Source of the DNA: SAR86 cluster bacterium AG-422-E19
GTDB taxonomy: Bacteria > Pseudomonadota > Gammaproteobacteria > Magnimaribacterales > AG-339-G14
Direction: 5' to 3'
DNA: 64,000 nucleotides
NCBI GenBank assembly: GCA_003213595.1
Contig: QCMR01000001.1
Span: 262,302-326,301, forward strand
Shown one piece after another: positions 37,551 to 51,042 of the stretch. The notes under the pieces are model-generated. The model had not been told where the DNA came from. It saw only the letters and a list, made by a program, of their open reading frames with translations, and did not search any database. The position numbers and the translations under genes are program-made. Numbering within the stretch: the stretch's first letter is position 1; every line of letters begins with the position of its first letter.

Positions 37551-38558
37551 ATGAAATCACTGGAAGAAATTGCAACTTATATTGTTTCTGATGGAAAGGG
37601 CATATTAGCTGCTGATGAGAGTACCCCAACTATAGGGAAAAGATTTGCAACAATAAATGCTGAGTCCACAGAAGACTCCAGAAGGGATTATCGTGAGATG
37701 CTTTTTCGAGCTGATGGAATGAAAAATAATATTGGCGGAGTTATTTTATTTGATGAGACTTTGAGACAAGACGCAAAAGACGGCACTCCTTTAAAAGATA
37801 TAATTTCCGAACAAGGTGCATTGCCAGGTATCAAGGTAGACAAGGGAATCAGCCCGCTTGATTCTTCTCCTGAAGAAAATATTACTGGTGGCTTAGAAGG
37901 ACTTAATGAGAGATGCGCAGAATATTTTGATCTTGGTGCTAAATTTACCAAGTGGCGTGCAGTTATAAAAATTGCCAACGGCCTGCCTTCTCAAGATGCT
38001 ATCAAAGCAAACATGGATGCTCTTGCTGACTACGCAAAAATAGTTCAGGAAAATAACATGGTTCCAATTGTCGAGCCTGAAGTTTTGATGGATGGCAGTC
38101 ATTCCATAGAATCTTGTGAAGACGCATCAAAAAGATGTTTGAGTACTCTATTTGAATCTTTGGCAGAGAAAGGCGTTTTGGTAGAAGGAACCATTTTAAA
38201 ACCCAATATGGTGGTCTCAGGAAATGAATGTTCGGAGCAAGCTGGAATCCAACAAGTTGCTGAAATGACACTCAATTGTTTATTGGAAAATGTGCCTAGC
38301 AATCTGCCAGGAATTACATTTCTTTCTGGGGGACAATCCGATGTTGACGCCACAGCTCATTTAGATGCTATGAATAAAATTGGCGGCAATCCATGGAAGC
38401 TCAGTTTTTCTTATGGCCGTGCTTTGCAACAGGCTGCTCTCAAAACTTGGAGCGGCATACAAGATAATGAGCAAGCCGCGCAAGAGGCCTTCAGCCATAG
38501 AGCTAAAATGAATATGTTGGCAGCAAAAGGTGAGTGGTCAGAAAACTTAGAAGGATAG
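37551..38558 (+). CDS. Fructose-bisphosphate aldolase, class I
   Basis: GKGILAADES, GIKVDKG, KWRAV, PIVEPE, LKPNM Schiff-base Lys, FLSGGQ, SFSYGRALQ. Confidence 0.95.
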   Translation: MKSLEEIATYIVSDGKGILAADESTPTIGKRFATINAESTEDSRRDYREMLFRADGMKNNIGGVILFDETLRQDAKDGTPLKDIISEQGALPGIKVDKGISPLDSSPEENITGGLEGLNERCAEYFDLGAKFTKWRAVIKIANGLPSQDAIKANMDALADYAKIVQENNMVPIVEPEVLMDGSHSIESCEDASKRCLSTLFESLAEKGVLVEGTILKPNMVVSGNECSEQAGIQQVAEMTLNCLLENVPSNLPGITFLSGGQSDVDATAHLDAMNKIGGNPWKLSFSYGRALQQAALKTWSGIQDNEQAAQEAFSHRAKMNMLAAKGEWSENLEG

Positions 38559-38562
38559 TCTT

Positions 38563-39273
38563 TTATTTGTTTATAAAAAATCTACTGGCTAAAAGCCCCA
38601 CTTCATAAAGCAGCCAGACAGGAAGAGCCAAAAGTGTTTGTGAAAAAATGTCGGGAGGTGTAAGAAACATTCCCACAACAAAACATCCTATGATCACGTA
38701 AGGTCTGGCACTGGAGAGTTGTTGAGCATTTGTGACTCCAGACCAAATCATCAGCATCAAAACAATTGGTACCTCAAAAGCAAAGCCAAAGACAAAAAGA
38801 ATTCTGACAACAAAATCAATGTATTCATTGATGTCGGTCATTACCAAAACTTCCGAGGGAGAAGCTTGAACAAAAAAAGCGAAAATCAGTGGAAAAATTA
38901 CAAAAAAAGCAAAACAAATACCTGTAAGGAACAAAACTATGCTGGAAAACAAAACCGCAAAAAAACCTATTTTCTCTTCTTTATACAAACCTGGCGCAAT
39001 GAAGTTCCATAACTCAAAAAGTAAATACGGAATTGCTACAAATGTAGCCACATAAAAAGTAAGCCTTAATGGAGTCAAAAAGGGTGACACCACACCAGTT
39101 GCAATCATTGAAGAATTGGCAGGCAAGATTTCTGTTAAGGGATTAGCAAAAAGAAGAAAAATTTCATTTCTAAAAAATACCAACACAAAAAAAATTAGAG
39201 CAATTGCGCCAAGGCTTCTTAAAAGAACATTTCGCAGGGAGTTTAAATGTTCAAGATAACTTTTTTCAGTCAT
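38563..39273 (-). CDS. tatC: Twin-arginine translocase subunit TatC
   Basis: HL..LR, FIAPGLY, FEVP, RPY, LTPPD, LYE. Confidence 0.95.
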   Translation of the reverse strand: MTEKSYLEHLNSLRNVLLRSLGAIALIFFVLVFFRNEIFLLFANPLTEILPANSSMIATGVVSPFLTPLRLTFYVATFVAIPYLLFELWNFIAPGLYKEEKIGFFAVLFSSIVLFLTGICFAFFVIFPLIFAFFVQASPSEVLVMTDINEYIDFVVRILFVFGFAFEVPIVLMLMIWSGVTNAQQLSSARPYVIIGCFVVGMFLTPPDIFSQTLLALPVWLLYEVGLLASRFFINK

Positions 39274-39472
39274 CTTTATTTTCTTTGTTGTTTTGGAAGT
39301 CTTCCGAATATATTTCTTGTTTTATCTCTTGCGAGATTGAAGAGCTTTTTGAGCGAATTAGCTTCACATATTCTTCTAATTTAGTGAGAAATCCCGGCAA
39401 TCTTTTAGGGCCTAAAATAAGTAAAGCAATGATTCCTATTAATAAGATTTCAAAGAATCCTATGTCGAACAT
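39266..39472 (-). CDS. tatB: Twin-arginine translocase subunit TatB (short)
   Basis: MFDIGFFE, LILGPKRLP. Confidence 0.9.
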   Translation of the reverse strand: MFDIGFFEILLIGIIALLILGPKRLPGFLTKLEEYVKLIRSKSSSISQEIKQEIYSEDFQNNKENKDD

Positions 39473-39649
39473 TTAATCTTCTTTTTTGTCGTCTAAACTT
39501 TTATCTTCTTCTTTGACTGCTTTTTTAAACCCTTTAACAAAAGAACCTAAATCTCCACCAAGATTTCTAATTCTTTTGGTGCCGAAGATCAAAACAATAA
39601 TTGCTAGAATGATCAGCAATTGCCAAATACTTATTCCACCAAAACCCAT
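39473..39649 (-). CDS. tatA: Twin-arginine translocase subunit TatA, 58 aa
   Basis: Manual translation [49 protein letters not shown]...; missing from ORF track. Confidence 0.95.
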   Translation of the reverse strand: MGFGGISIWQLLIILAIIVLIFGTKRIRNLGGDLGSFVKGFKKAVKEEDKSLDDKKED

Positions 39650-39970
39650 TTATTCTTTCCTTCCTTTTTTTTCTTCTATTCCAGAAAGACCCTCTCTGCT
39701 TTCAAGTTCGTTTAAAACCTCAGTCGGATCGATTCCGTTATTAGTCAATAATACCATGACGTGAAACCATAAATCTGCAGCTTCATGAATAACCTTATTT
39801 TTCTCTGGATCTTCAGTTATTTCGGCAATTAGTTCGTCAGTCTCTTCAGCTATTTTTTCAATAATCTTCTCGTTTCCCTTTGCATACAAACTAGCTACAT
39901 AAGATGAAGAAGGATCGGCATTTTTACGCTCCTTCAGTAAGGCACTCAATCTTTCTACGATGTTTTTCAT
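39650..39970 (-). CDS. hisE: Phosphoribosyl-ATP pyrophosphatase
   Basis: ERK.ADP.SSYVASL, KIAEE, HEAADLWFH, SGIEEK. Confidence 0.95.
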   Translation of the reverse strand: MKNIVERLSALLKERKNADPSSSYVASLYAKGNEKIIEKIAEETDELIAEITEDPEKNKVIHEAADLWFHVMVLLTNNGIDPTEVLNELESREGLSGIEEKKGRKE

Positions 39971-41502
39971 TGAATAACTATTATGGCAACTAAAAGCAAT
40001 GCAGTAACACCTATGTATATAAATTTATTATTGTTTTTTGATTTCTTGATCTCTTTTTTTAAGTTTTTTATTTCCGAGTTGTATTCTTCTAATCTAGACA
40101 AGTTATCTAATATGATTTCAATTTTTTCAGGAAGTTCGTAAGCTTTTTCTGCCAAAGCAAAAGAATCATTTTTAAATCTTTCAAACATTGCCTTCGGGCT
40201 ATATTTTTTTGCAACCCAAGATTGAATAAATGGCTTGGCTGTTGTCCACAAATCCAATTCTGGATAAATTTGTCTGCCTAACCCCTCAATGTTAATTAAA
40301 GTTTTGTTGAGTAGTAACAATGAAGTCGGAAGGGATAAATCAAATTTTCTTGTAGCGTCGAATAAATAGAGCAACATTTCTCCAAATTTAATTTCATCGA
40401 AAGGTTTCTCGAAAATTGGATCCAAAACCGTTCTTATCACAACTTCTAGTTCAACTTCTTTTGTGTCTTCGCCAACCCAACCGGCATTTATCATGGTCTT
40501 GGCAACTCCAGAATAATTTTTGTTGAACATTTCTGAAAGCATCTTGCCGATGATGAGTTGTTCTTTCTCAGTTAAGGAACCGCAAATAGCATAATCAACG
40601 GCAACATAAGTAGGACTTTCAGGATTGGAATTGTTTACAAAAATATTTCCTGGATGCATATCGGCATGGAAAAAATTATCATCAAAAAGTTGTTTGAAGA
40701 AAATTTTTACACCTGTTTCGGCTAGGGCTTTTAAATTTATATTTTCTTTTTTTAGTACCTCTATATCCGTTACCGGTATTCCAGAAATTTTTTCCATGGT
40801 CATGACATTTTTTGAAGAGAAATTTTCATAAACCTCTGGAATATACAAAAGAGAATTTTCTTTGAAGAAATTTTTTGTTTGGATGGCGTTCGCTGCTTCT
40901 TTTTTTAGATCTGTTTCAGCAGTAATAACCAATTCATATTCTCTTATCAAATCCATCAGTTTTAATCTTCGAGCATCGGAGAGAATAAATTCAGCTAAAC
41001 GGCCTAAAAATTTTATTGAGTTAACATCAGCAGAAATTCTTTTATCCAAACCAGGTCGAACAATTTTTACAACCACTGACTCACCGTCTTTTAAAATTGC
41101 TTCGTGCACTTGAGCAATAGATGCTGCAGCGAGAGGTTCTTCACTAAAAGACTCGAAAATTTGATCTAAAGGACTGTCCAAATCTTGCTCTACTATTTTG
41201 ATAGCCTCTCTTGTTGAAAAAGGTTTTAAATCGTTTTGAAATTTTTTTAAGACGCTTGCCTGTTTTTCTCCAACAAGATCTGGTCTGGTTGATAAAAGCT
41301 GACCAAATTTAATAAAGAGCGGACCCATCTCCTCTAATGCATCGCTTAAACGATACTCTATTTCTTTTTGCTTTCTGAAGAAGATTTTTGGGAAAATAAA
41401 TAAAAGAGATAAAAGAACTTTGTTTGCCAAAGGATCAAGTAGTTCATCCAATCTGTATTTACAAAAAATATAAGAGATTCGAATCAGACTGAAAATAGCC
41501 AT
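39967..41502 (-). CDS. ubiB: Ubiquinone biosynthesis kinase-like protein UbiB
   Basis: FIKFGQLLSTRPD, AAASIAQVH, VKIVRP, FHADMHPGN; second ATG (41502) preferred. Confidence 0.93.
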   Translation of the reverse strand: MAIFSLIRISYIFCKYRLDELLDPLANKVLLSLLFIFPKIFFRKQKEIEYRLSDALEEMGPLFIKFGQLLSTRPDLVGEKQASVLKKFQNDLKPFSTREAIKIVEQDLDSPLDQIFESFSEEPLAAASIAQVHEAILKDGESVVVKIVRPGLDKRISADVNSIKFLGRLAEFILSDARRLKLMDLIREYELVITAETDLKKEAANAIQTKNFFKENSLLYIPEVYENFSSKNVMTMEKISGIPVTDIEVLKKENINLKALAETGVKIFFKQLFDDNFFHADMHPGNIFVNNSNPESPTYVAVDYAICGSLTEKEQLIIGKMLSEMFNKNYSGVAKTMINAGWVGEDTKEVELEVVIRTVLDPIFEKPFDEIKFGEMLLYLFDATRKFDLSLPTSLLLLNKTLINIEGLGRQIYPELDLWTTAKPFIQSWVAKKYSPKAMFERFKNDSFALAEKAYELPEKIEIILDNLSRLEEYNSEIKNLKKEIKKSKNNNKFIYIGVTALLLVAIIVIQ

Positions 41503-41503
41503 T

Positions 41504-42253
41504 TTACTTTTCCGCAATGTGAAGAGTTACTATGCCTGCTGTCATGATGTCATAGGAAACATTTTTAAAATTTACAGACTCAAGCATTTGTTTAAATTCT
41601 TCTTGTGATGGATGCATCCTTATTGATTCTGCAAGATACTGATAACTTTCCTCATCTTGAGCAAAAAATTTTCCAAGTTTAGGCAAAATCTTAAAAGAAT
41701 AGAAATCGTATAAGTCAGATATCAAAGGAGCTTCAGGCTTTGAAAATTCCAAGACCAAAAGTCTACCCCCAGGTTTTAGACATCTGTAAAAATTTTTTAA
41801 AGCTTCCAGCTTATTCGTTACGTTTCTTATTCCAAAACCTATGGTTATGCAATTGAATCTGTTATCGGGAAAAGGGAGGTTTTCGGCATCAGCAACAGCA
41901 GTTTTTATATTCAATTTATTTTTATCAAGGCTTCTTGTTTTGCCTAGCTTTAACATTTTCTCATTGATATCACTGAGGATGATTTCACCTGACTCCCCAA
42001 CCAAATCTGACATTAAAATAGATAGGTCTCCCGTTCCTCCGGCGACATCTAAAACAGAATCTCCTTGTTTCAAATTAGAAAGCTCGACTGTGCCTCGTTT
42101 CCATAAGCGATGAATACCCAAAGACATCAGGTCGTTCATAAGATCGTAATTTTCAGCAACAGAATCAAAAACACCCTTAACCATTTCTGGTTTTTCTGTT
42201 TTATCTACATTCTTATAACCAAAGTTGGTTTCGTTGTTTTCGTTTTTACTCAT
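41504..42253 (-). CDS. ubiE: Ubiquinone/menaquinone C-methyltransferase
   Basis: YDLMNDLMSLGIHRLWK, LDVAGGTGD, FGIRNV, YQYLAESIR. Confidence 0.97.
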   Translation of the reverse strand: MSKNENNETNFGYKNVDKTEKPEMVKGVFDSVAENYDLMNDLMSLGIHRLWKRGTVELSNLKQGDSVLDVAGGTGDLSILMSDLVGESGEIILSDINEKMLKLGKTRSLDKNKLNIKTAVADAENLPFPDNRFNCITIGFGIRNVTNKLEALKNFYRCLKPGGRLLVLEFSKPEAPLISDLYDFYSFKILPKLGKFFAQDEESYQYLAESIRMHPSQEEFKQMLESVNFKNVSYDIMTAGIVTLHIAEK

Positions 42254-42288
42254 TTCTTTGGAATCTGTTAGTATTGTAGTTTATTCAT

Positions 42289-42828
42289 ATGGAAAACAAA
42301 TTAATTTGGCTAGACTTAGAAATGACTGGTCTAGAACCTCAATCCGAAAGAATTATAGAGATTTTCACCGCCATTACTAATGAAGATTTAACTGAAGTAA
42401 TTGAAGGACCAAATATCGTAATATCACAACCTACAGAATATTTAGACAACATGGATGATTGGAATCAAGATCATCATTCTAGATCGGGATTATTAGATGA
42501 AGTTAAAAAGAGTGAGATTTCTCAAGAGGATGCAGAGTTGAGGACTTTGAATTTTATTAAAGAACATGTCGGTAAAAATAAATCACCTCTTTGTGGAAAC
42601 ACAATTCACCACGACAGAAAATTTTTAACCTTGTACATGCCTCAGTTAGAGGAGTACTTTCACTACAGAAATATAGATGTAAGCTCTTTAAAAGAAGTTG
42701 CAAAAAGATGGCGTCCAGAAGTCACTATGGAACAAGCAAAGCAAGTAGCGCATCGAGCAAGAGCAGACGTTTTTGAATCTATAAATGAATTGCGGTTTTA
42801 CCGAGATGAATTTTTTGCAAAAAAGTAA
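42289..42828 (+). CDS. orn: Oligoribonuclease
   Basis: WLDLEMTGL, CGNTIHHDR, YFHYRNIDVSS, HRARADV. Confidence 0.97.
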   Translation: MENKLIWLDLEMTGLEPQSERIIEIFTAITNEDLTEVIEGPNIVISQPTEYLDNMDDWNQDHHSRSGLLDEVKKSEISQEDAELRTLNFIKEHVGKNKSPLCGNTIHHDRKFLTLYMPQLEEYFHYRNIDVSSLKEVAKRWRPEVTMEQAKQVAHRARADVFESINELRFYRDEFFAKK

Positions 42829-42882
42829 CTTTTTTACTGTATCTTTCCCCGTTTTCTTTATAATTGCCATCCCTTACAAGAT

Positions 42883-44214
42883 ATGAAGAAAGTCTTTATC
42901 CAAACCCATGGCTGTCAGATGAATGAATACGATTCAGCCAAAATGCTTGAATTATTAGGCGAGAAAAGTAATTTTCAAACTACAGAAAATGAGGCAGAAG
43001 CAGATTTATTAGTCCTAAACACTTGTTCAATAAGAGAAAAAGCACAAGAAAGGGTGTTTCACCAAGTTGGTCGCTGGAAAGCTTTGAAAGATAATAATCC
43101 CAATCTAAAGATTGCCGTTGGAGGGTGTGTTGCAAGCCAAGAAGGAGAAGCTATTTCTAAAAGAGCTCCTGCAGTAGACATTGTTTTTGGTCCGCAAACT
43201 CTGCATAAACTCCCAGATTTGTATGAAGAATCTTCTCAAGATGGAAAAAGAAAGCTTGATATTTCTTTTCCAAAAATTGAAAAGTTTGATCATTTTCCTG
43301 AGCCTAAAGCCGAAGGACCTTCTGCCTTTGTTTCTGTCATGGAAGGATGCAATAAATATTGTTCTTTTTGTGTGGTCCCGCACACTAGGGGGCATGAGGT
43401 AAGTAGACCGTTTGATGATATTTTGCAAGAAGTGAAATCATTGGCAGATCAAGGGGTTAGAGAGATAAATTTTTTAGGACAAAATGTAAATAATTTCAAA
43501 GGCGAAAAAGATGGAGAAAAATCCTCTTTAGCGGAATTGATTAGAGATGCTGCTCAGATCAATAATATAGATCGCCTAAGATTTACTACCAGTCATCCGT
43601 TTGAATTTAAAGATGATCTTGTAGAACTTTATCTTGATGTGCCTGAGTTGGTCAGCCATGTACATTTACCGGTTCAAAGTGGATCAGACAGGATTTTGAA
43701 GTTGATGAGAAGAAGGTATACCCGAGAGAGTTATTTGGATTTAGTGAATCGTATAAGAGTCAACCGTCCTGACATTAGTTTTTCTTCAGATTTTATAGTT
43801 GGTTTTCCAGGCGAGACTGAAGAAGACTTTCAAGATACTTTGGATGTCATTGATAGCGTTAAGTTCGATGAATCTTTTAGTTTCATATACAGCCCAAGAC
43901 CTAATACACCAGCAGCTAAAATGGAAGACGATGTCAGTCTGGATGAAAAAAAAGAAAGATTGAGCATCCTTCAAAATAAGTTAAATAACTATTCCAGTCA
44001 GATCAGTCGCAAAATGGTTGGTACCACGGAAAAGTGTTTAGTCACAGACATTTCAAAGAGAAATCCAGGAGAATTCCAAGCCAGAACAGAAAATAATCGT
44101 GTCGTTAATTTCTCTTCAGCTAAAAACATGATTGGAAGTTTTGTTGATTTAGAAATTGTTGAGGCAAAACCAAACTCACTTAGAGGTAATTTTACCGGAG
44201 GCACAATAAATTAA
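42883..44214 (+). CDS. miaB: tRNA-2-methylthio-N6-dimethylallyladenosine synthase
   Basis: [25 protein letters not shown] radical SAM motif, TRAM domain. Confidence 0.98.
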   Translation: MKKVFIQTHGCQMNEYDSAKMLELLGEKSNFQTTENEAEADLLVLNTCSIREKAQERVFHQVGRWKALKDNNPNLKIAVGGCVASQEGEAISKRAPAVDIVFGPQTLHKLPDLYEESSQDGKRKLDISFPKIEKFDHFPEPKAEGPSAFVSVMEGCNKYCSFCVVPHTRGHEVSRPFDDILQEVKSLADQGVREINFLGQNVNNFKGEKDGEKSSLAELIRDAAQINNIDRLRFTTSHPFEFKDDLVELYLDVPELVSHVHLPVQSGSDRILKLMRRRYTRESYLDLVNRIRVNRPDISFSSDFIVGFPGETEEDFQDTLDVIDSVKFDESFSFIYSPRPNTPAAKMEDDVSLDEKKERLSILQNKLNNYSSQISRKMVGTTEKCLVTDISKRNPGEFQARTENNRVVNFSSAKNMIGSFVDLEIVEAKPNSLRGNFTGGTIN

Positions 44215-44217
44215 TTT

Positions 44218-45192
44218 ATGTCTGAATTGAAATTCAAACTTGAATCGGATGATTCAAAAAAACTATCAATAATTTGCGGTCCAGTTAACTCTAACTTATC
44301 AAAAATAGAGGATTCTCTTTCAATTAAAATAAAAAATAGAGGCAGCTTATTTTCTCTTTCCGGTGAAGATCAAAACATTACAAAAGGTCGACTCGTTATT
44401 GAAGAGCTCTTTAGTTTCGCTGACCAGTCAAAAGACATCTCTCCAAAAGAAATCCATTTCTTTATTTCCAAAGCTTTGAATCAGCCAAACGAATCAAAAA
44501 ACTTTAAATTGGAATCAAAAAGCGCTTTTTCTCTAACAACACCAAAATTAGAGGTCATTCCAAGAAACCAATCTCAAGAAGATTTTATCAACTCCATTTC
44601 TTCTCATGATATTTCCTTTGGCATCGGACCAGCCGGTACTGGAAAAACATATTTGGCTGTTGCGGTTGCTGTGAATTTATTCATTCAGAGGAAAATTAAT
44701 AAAATTATTTTGACTAGGCCTTTGGTAGAGGCTGGTGAGAGACTAGGGTTCTTGCCAGGTGATTTAGCTCAAAAAGTAGATCCATACCTGCAGCCGCTCT
44801 ATGATGCTTTGAATGAAATGTTAGGCTTTGAAACTGTCAACAAATTCATAGAAAGAGGGAATATTGAATTGGCACCCTTAGCTTATATGAGAGGAAGAAC
44901 CTTAAACGATGCTTTTTTGATTTTAGATGAAGCTCAAAACTGTACTTCCATGCAAATGAAAATGTTTTTAACAAGATTGGGTTTTAATTCCAAAGCGGTT
45001 GTTACTGGAGATGTTACTCAAATAGACCTACCATCTAAAAAAATGTCCGGTCTGGCAGATGCTGTAAAGATTTTAGAAGGTCAAAAAGGAATCTCTTTTT
45101 TCCATTTTGCATCCAAAGATGTAGTCAGACACAACTTGGTACAAAGCATCATCGAAGCTTACGAAAAAAGCTCAAAAAATAATGAAGATTGA
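44218..45192 (+). CDS. ybeZ: PhoH-like ATPase YbeZ
   Basis: GPAGTGKT, AGERLGFLPGD, RGRTL, DEAQN, GDVTQ. Confidence 0.93.
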   Translation: MSELKFKLESDDSKKLSIICGPVNSNLSKIEDSLSIKIKNRGSLFSLSGEDQNITKGRLVIEELFSFADQSKDISPKEIHFFISKALNQPNESKNFKLESKSAFSLTTPKLEVIPRNQSQEDFINSISSHDISFGIGPAGTGKTYLAVAVAVNLFIQRKINKIILTRPLVEAGERLGFLPGDLAQKVDPYLQPLYDALNEMLGFETVNKFIERGNIELAPLAYMRGRTLNDAFLILDEAQNCTSMQMKMFLTRLGFNSKAVVTGDVTQIDLPSKKMSGLADAVKILEGQKGISFFHFASKDVVRHNLVQSIIEAYEKSSKNNED

Positions 45193-45643
45193 GCTAATCA
45201 ACGATCACTACAAAAAAATTCCTGAGCCTTTTAAGAAAAAGGAAATAAAAAAGCTCATTGATGTAGTCTTAAAAAAGATTGGCTTTGAAGAACTTGAAAA
45301 AGGTCAAATCAACATAAAATATACATCAGAAGAAGAAATTAAAATGTTGAACGAGAAGTTTTACAACAAAGTGGGTGTGACAAATGTCTTGGCTTTTACT
45401 AACAACCAAGAAACTCCTGAAAGCAAAGAAAGATTAATTGGTGAGATTGCCATATGTATCAGTCAAATCGAAAAAGAAGCAAAAATGTATAAAAAAGCTG
45501 TCGAGACTAGGTTGAAACACATGATTGTTCATGGCGTGCTTCATCTTTTCGGCTTTGATCATCAAAAAAAAGGCGAACAAAAAGAGATGGAAAAGGTAGA
45601 AGATGATATTATCACCAGCTGTCTTGGCGAGAGACCTTATTAG
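45182..45643 (+). CDS. ybeY: Endoribonuclease YbeY
   Basis: TNVLAF, GEI.I, HMIVHGVLHLFGFDH. Confidence 0.93.
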   Translation: MKIELINDHYKKIPEPFKKKEIKKLIDVVLKKIGFEELEKGQINIKYTSEEEIKMLNEKFYNKVGVTNVLAFTNNQETPESKERLIGEIAICISQIEKEAKMYKKAVETRLKHMIVHGVLHLFGFDHQKKGEQKEMEKVEDDIITSCLGERPY

Positions 45644-45646
45644 ATA

Positions 45647-46549
45647 ATGAAAGAAGAACCTCCAAGTATAAGTGCCCAACCGGAAAAGTTGGGCTTAATA
45701 CAACGTATTAAAAGCTTTTTTAGGGATTTCCACATAAGGATTTCTTTCAAACCATCAAATCAAGAAGAGTTAACCTCTGTTTTAAGAGATGCAGAGGAAA
45801 ACAATCTCATTGATAAAGGCGTTTTGGATATGATGGAAGAAACAATTGATTTTTCTTCTACTCCAGTAAAAGAAGTGATGGTGCCAAAAACTCAAGTAAT
45901 ATCCATCAAAGAAACCGAAGGTTTAGCTGAATTTTTGCCTCGAATTCTTGAATCAGCTCATTCAAGGTTTCCAGTTTTTGATGAGCCTCAAGAAAAAATA
46001 AAAGGTATCTTGCTGGCGAAAGATTTATTGAAATTTGGTCCTGGTCTATTAGGACAAGACGAAAATATAAATTTCGATTTGTCTCAGATTTTAAGACCAA
46101 TTAATTTCATTCCTGAAAGTAAAAAAATCAATATTCTCTTGGAGGAATTTAAAACGAACCGAAGTCACATGGCTGCAGTTGTTGACGAGTTTGGTGAAAT
46201 CAGTGGAATAGTTACGATTGAAGATGTTTTAGAAGAAATTGTTGGAGAAATTGTTGATGAAACTGACATCAGTGAATCTGAAGATATTATTCAATTGACC
46301 GATAATGAGTTTAATGTTTCGGCTTTAACTGAGATTGAAACTTTCAATAATCGCTTTTCTTCAAGTTTTGAGGCTACAGACTTTGATACCATCGGTGGAA
46401 TTGTCTTAAACGCTTTTGGAAAAATTCCCTTAGTAAATGACTCAATCGAAATACAGAATTTTCACTTTACTGTTTTAGCCGCAAACAAAAGACAAATTTT
46501 AAAGTTGAGAATTAAGGTTTTAGAATCTACACCCGAAGAACCTAACTAG
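45647..46549 (+). CDS. corC: CBS/CorC transporter-associated protein (HlyC/CorC family)
   Basis: VMVP, AHSRFPV, VDEFG..SG.VTIEDVLEEIVGEI, CorC domain; synteny. Confidence 0.9.
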   Translation: MKEEPPSISAQPEKLGLIQRIKSFFRDFHIRISFKPSNQEELTSVLRDAEENNLIDKGVLDMMEETIDFSSTPVKEVMVPKTQVISIKETEGLAEFLPRILESAHSRFPVFDEPQEKIKGILLAKDLLKFGPGLLGQDENINFDLSQILRPINFIPESKKINILLEEFKTNRSHMAAVVDEFGEISGIVTIEDVLEEIVGEIVDETDISESEDIIQLTDNEFNVSALTEIETFNNRFSSSFEATDFDTIGGIVLNAFGKIPLVNDSIEIQNFHFTVLAANKRQILKLRIKVLESTPEEPN

Positions 46550-47444
46550 AACTTTCTTCAAGAATTTTCTTTAGCTCCGCGCCAAGCAATTCGACATCTT
46601 GGATGCCACCATAATTAGGTCTTATGACTATTGCTATTTCTCTGTGAGGGCCAGATTCGTCAAGATGTAAATTTTTAAGGTCTGGGTTACCTGCCATCAA
46701 CTGACTAATAGCCATCCTTGGTACCAAAGTAGTACCCATGCCGCTTTTTACAAATTGTATTAGGGTATTTAAAGAAGAGGCTTTGAAAGAAATATTGCTT
46801 GCTTGCTTCGTCATTTTGCACGCAGACAGTATGTGATCTTTGAGGCAATGTCCTTCTTCTAGTAACAGTAATTCAGATCGATCAAGTTCATTGGCTTTTA
46901 TTTCATTGTCCTTTGAGCGAGCATCATTTTTCTTAGTAATCCAAAAAAAGTCTTCTGCCCAAAATTTTATCGGTATTAGACCTTGAAGCTTGAAGGGCAG
47001 TGCAAGAATAGCCATGTCCAAATCGCCGTTTTTGACTTTATCAATAAGATCGTTTGACTGACCTTCAGAAATATTTAAATTCAATTTAGGAAATTTAGCG
47101 CTCAAAGATTTAACGGCAAATGGCATCAAGAAGGGACTTATGGTTGGGATGACTCCAAGAGATATAGGGTGTGAAAGCGGTTGTGAATTGTTTTCAGAAA
47201 TCTTTTGAATGTCTTCCAGTTGCAACTTTATGCTTTTGTATTTCTTTAAAATTTCTTCTCCCAATTTAGTAACAATTACTTTTTTATTGTTTCTTTCAAA
47301 AATTTCAAAACCCAGTTGTTTTTCCATTTCTGATATAGCATTACTCAAGGTGGAGGCAGAGACAAAACACTTATCTGCAGCATTTTTAAAATGCATCTCT
47401 TTTTCAACCGCCAAGGCATAATTTATTTGCTTGATACTAACCAT
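46542..47444 (-). CDS. oxyR: LysR-family hydrogen-peroxide sensor OxyR
   Basis: LysR HTH, GVIPTISPFL, EEGHCLKDHILSAC with Cys-x8-Cys; divergent from katG. Confidence 0.88.
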   Translation of the reverse strand: MVSIKQINYALAVEKEMHFKNAADKCFVSASTLSNAISEMEKQLGFEIFERNNKKVIVTKLGEEILKKYKSIKLQLEDIQKISENNSQPLSHPISLGVIPTISPFLMPFAVKSLSAKFPKLNLNISEGQSNDLIDKVKNGDLDMAILALPFKLQGLIPIKFWAEDFFWITKKNDARSKDNEIKANELDRSELLLLEEGHCLKDHILSACKMTKQASNISFKASSLNTLIQFVKSGMGTTLVPRMAISQLMAGNPDLKNLHLDESGPHREIAIVIRPNYGGIQDVELLGAELKKILEESSS

Positions 47445-47550
47445 TTATGTTCGATTTTTTAGAATATTAAATAAGAAATATACATATTTAACAATACATA
47501 AAAAGATAGTTTAATATGGGAAGAATTTGTTTTTATATGAGGTGAAATAG

Positions 47551-49697
<2,147 letters not shown>

Positions 49698-49729
49698 CTC
49701 TTAGGTCGAAAGTTCTTCTTGGCTTTTAA

Positions 49730-51041
<1,312 letters not shown>

Positions 51042-51042
<1 letters not shown>

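Noticed and set aside
39486-39764. 92-aa plus-strand ORF in the track
   Set aside because: Shadow of the real tatA and hisE on the minus strand
47478-47500. dif-like look of AATATACATATTTAACAATAC upstream of katG
   Set aside because: Only partial resemblance to the XerD arm in the wrong arrangement; more likely part of the oxyR/katG promoter, where I also could not fit a convincing OxyR four-box motif
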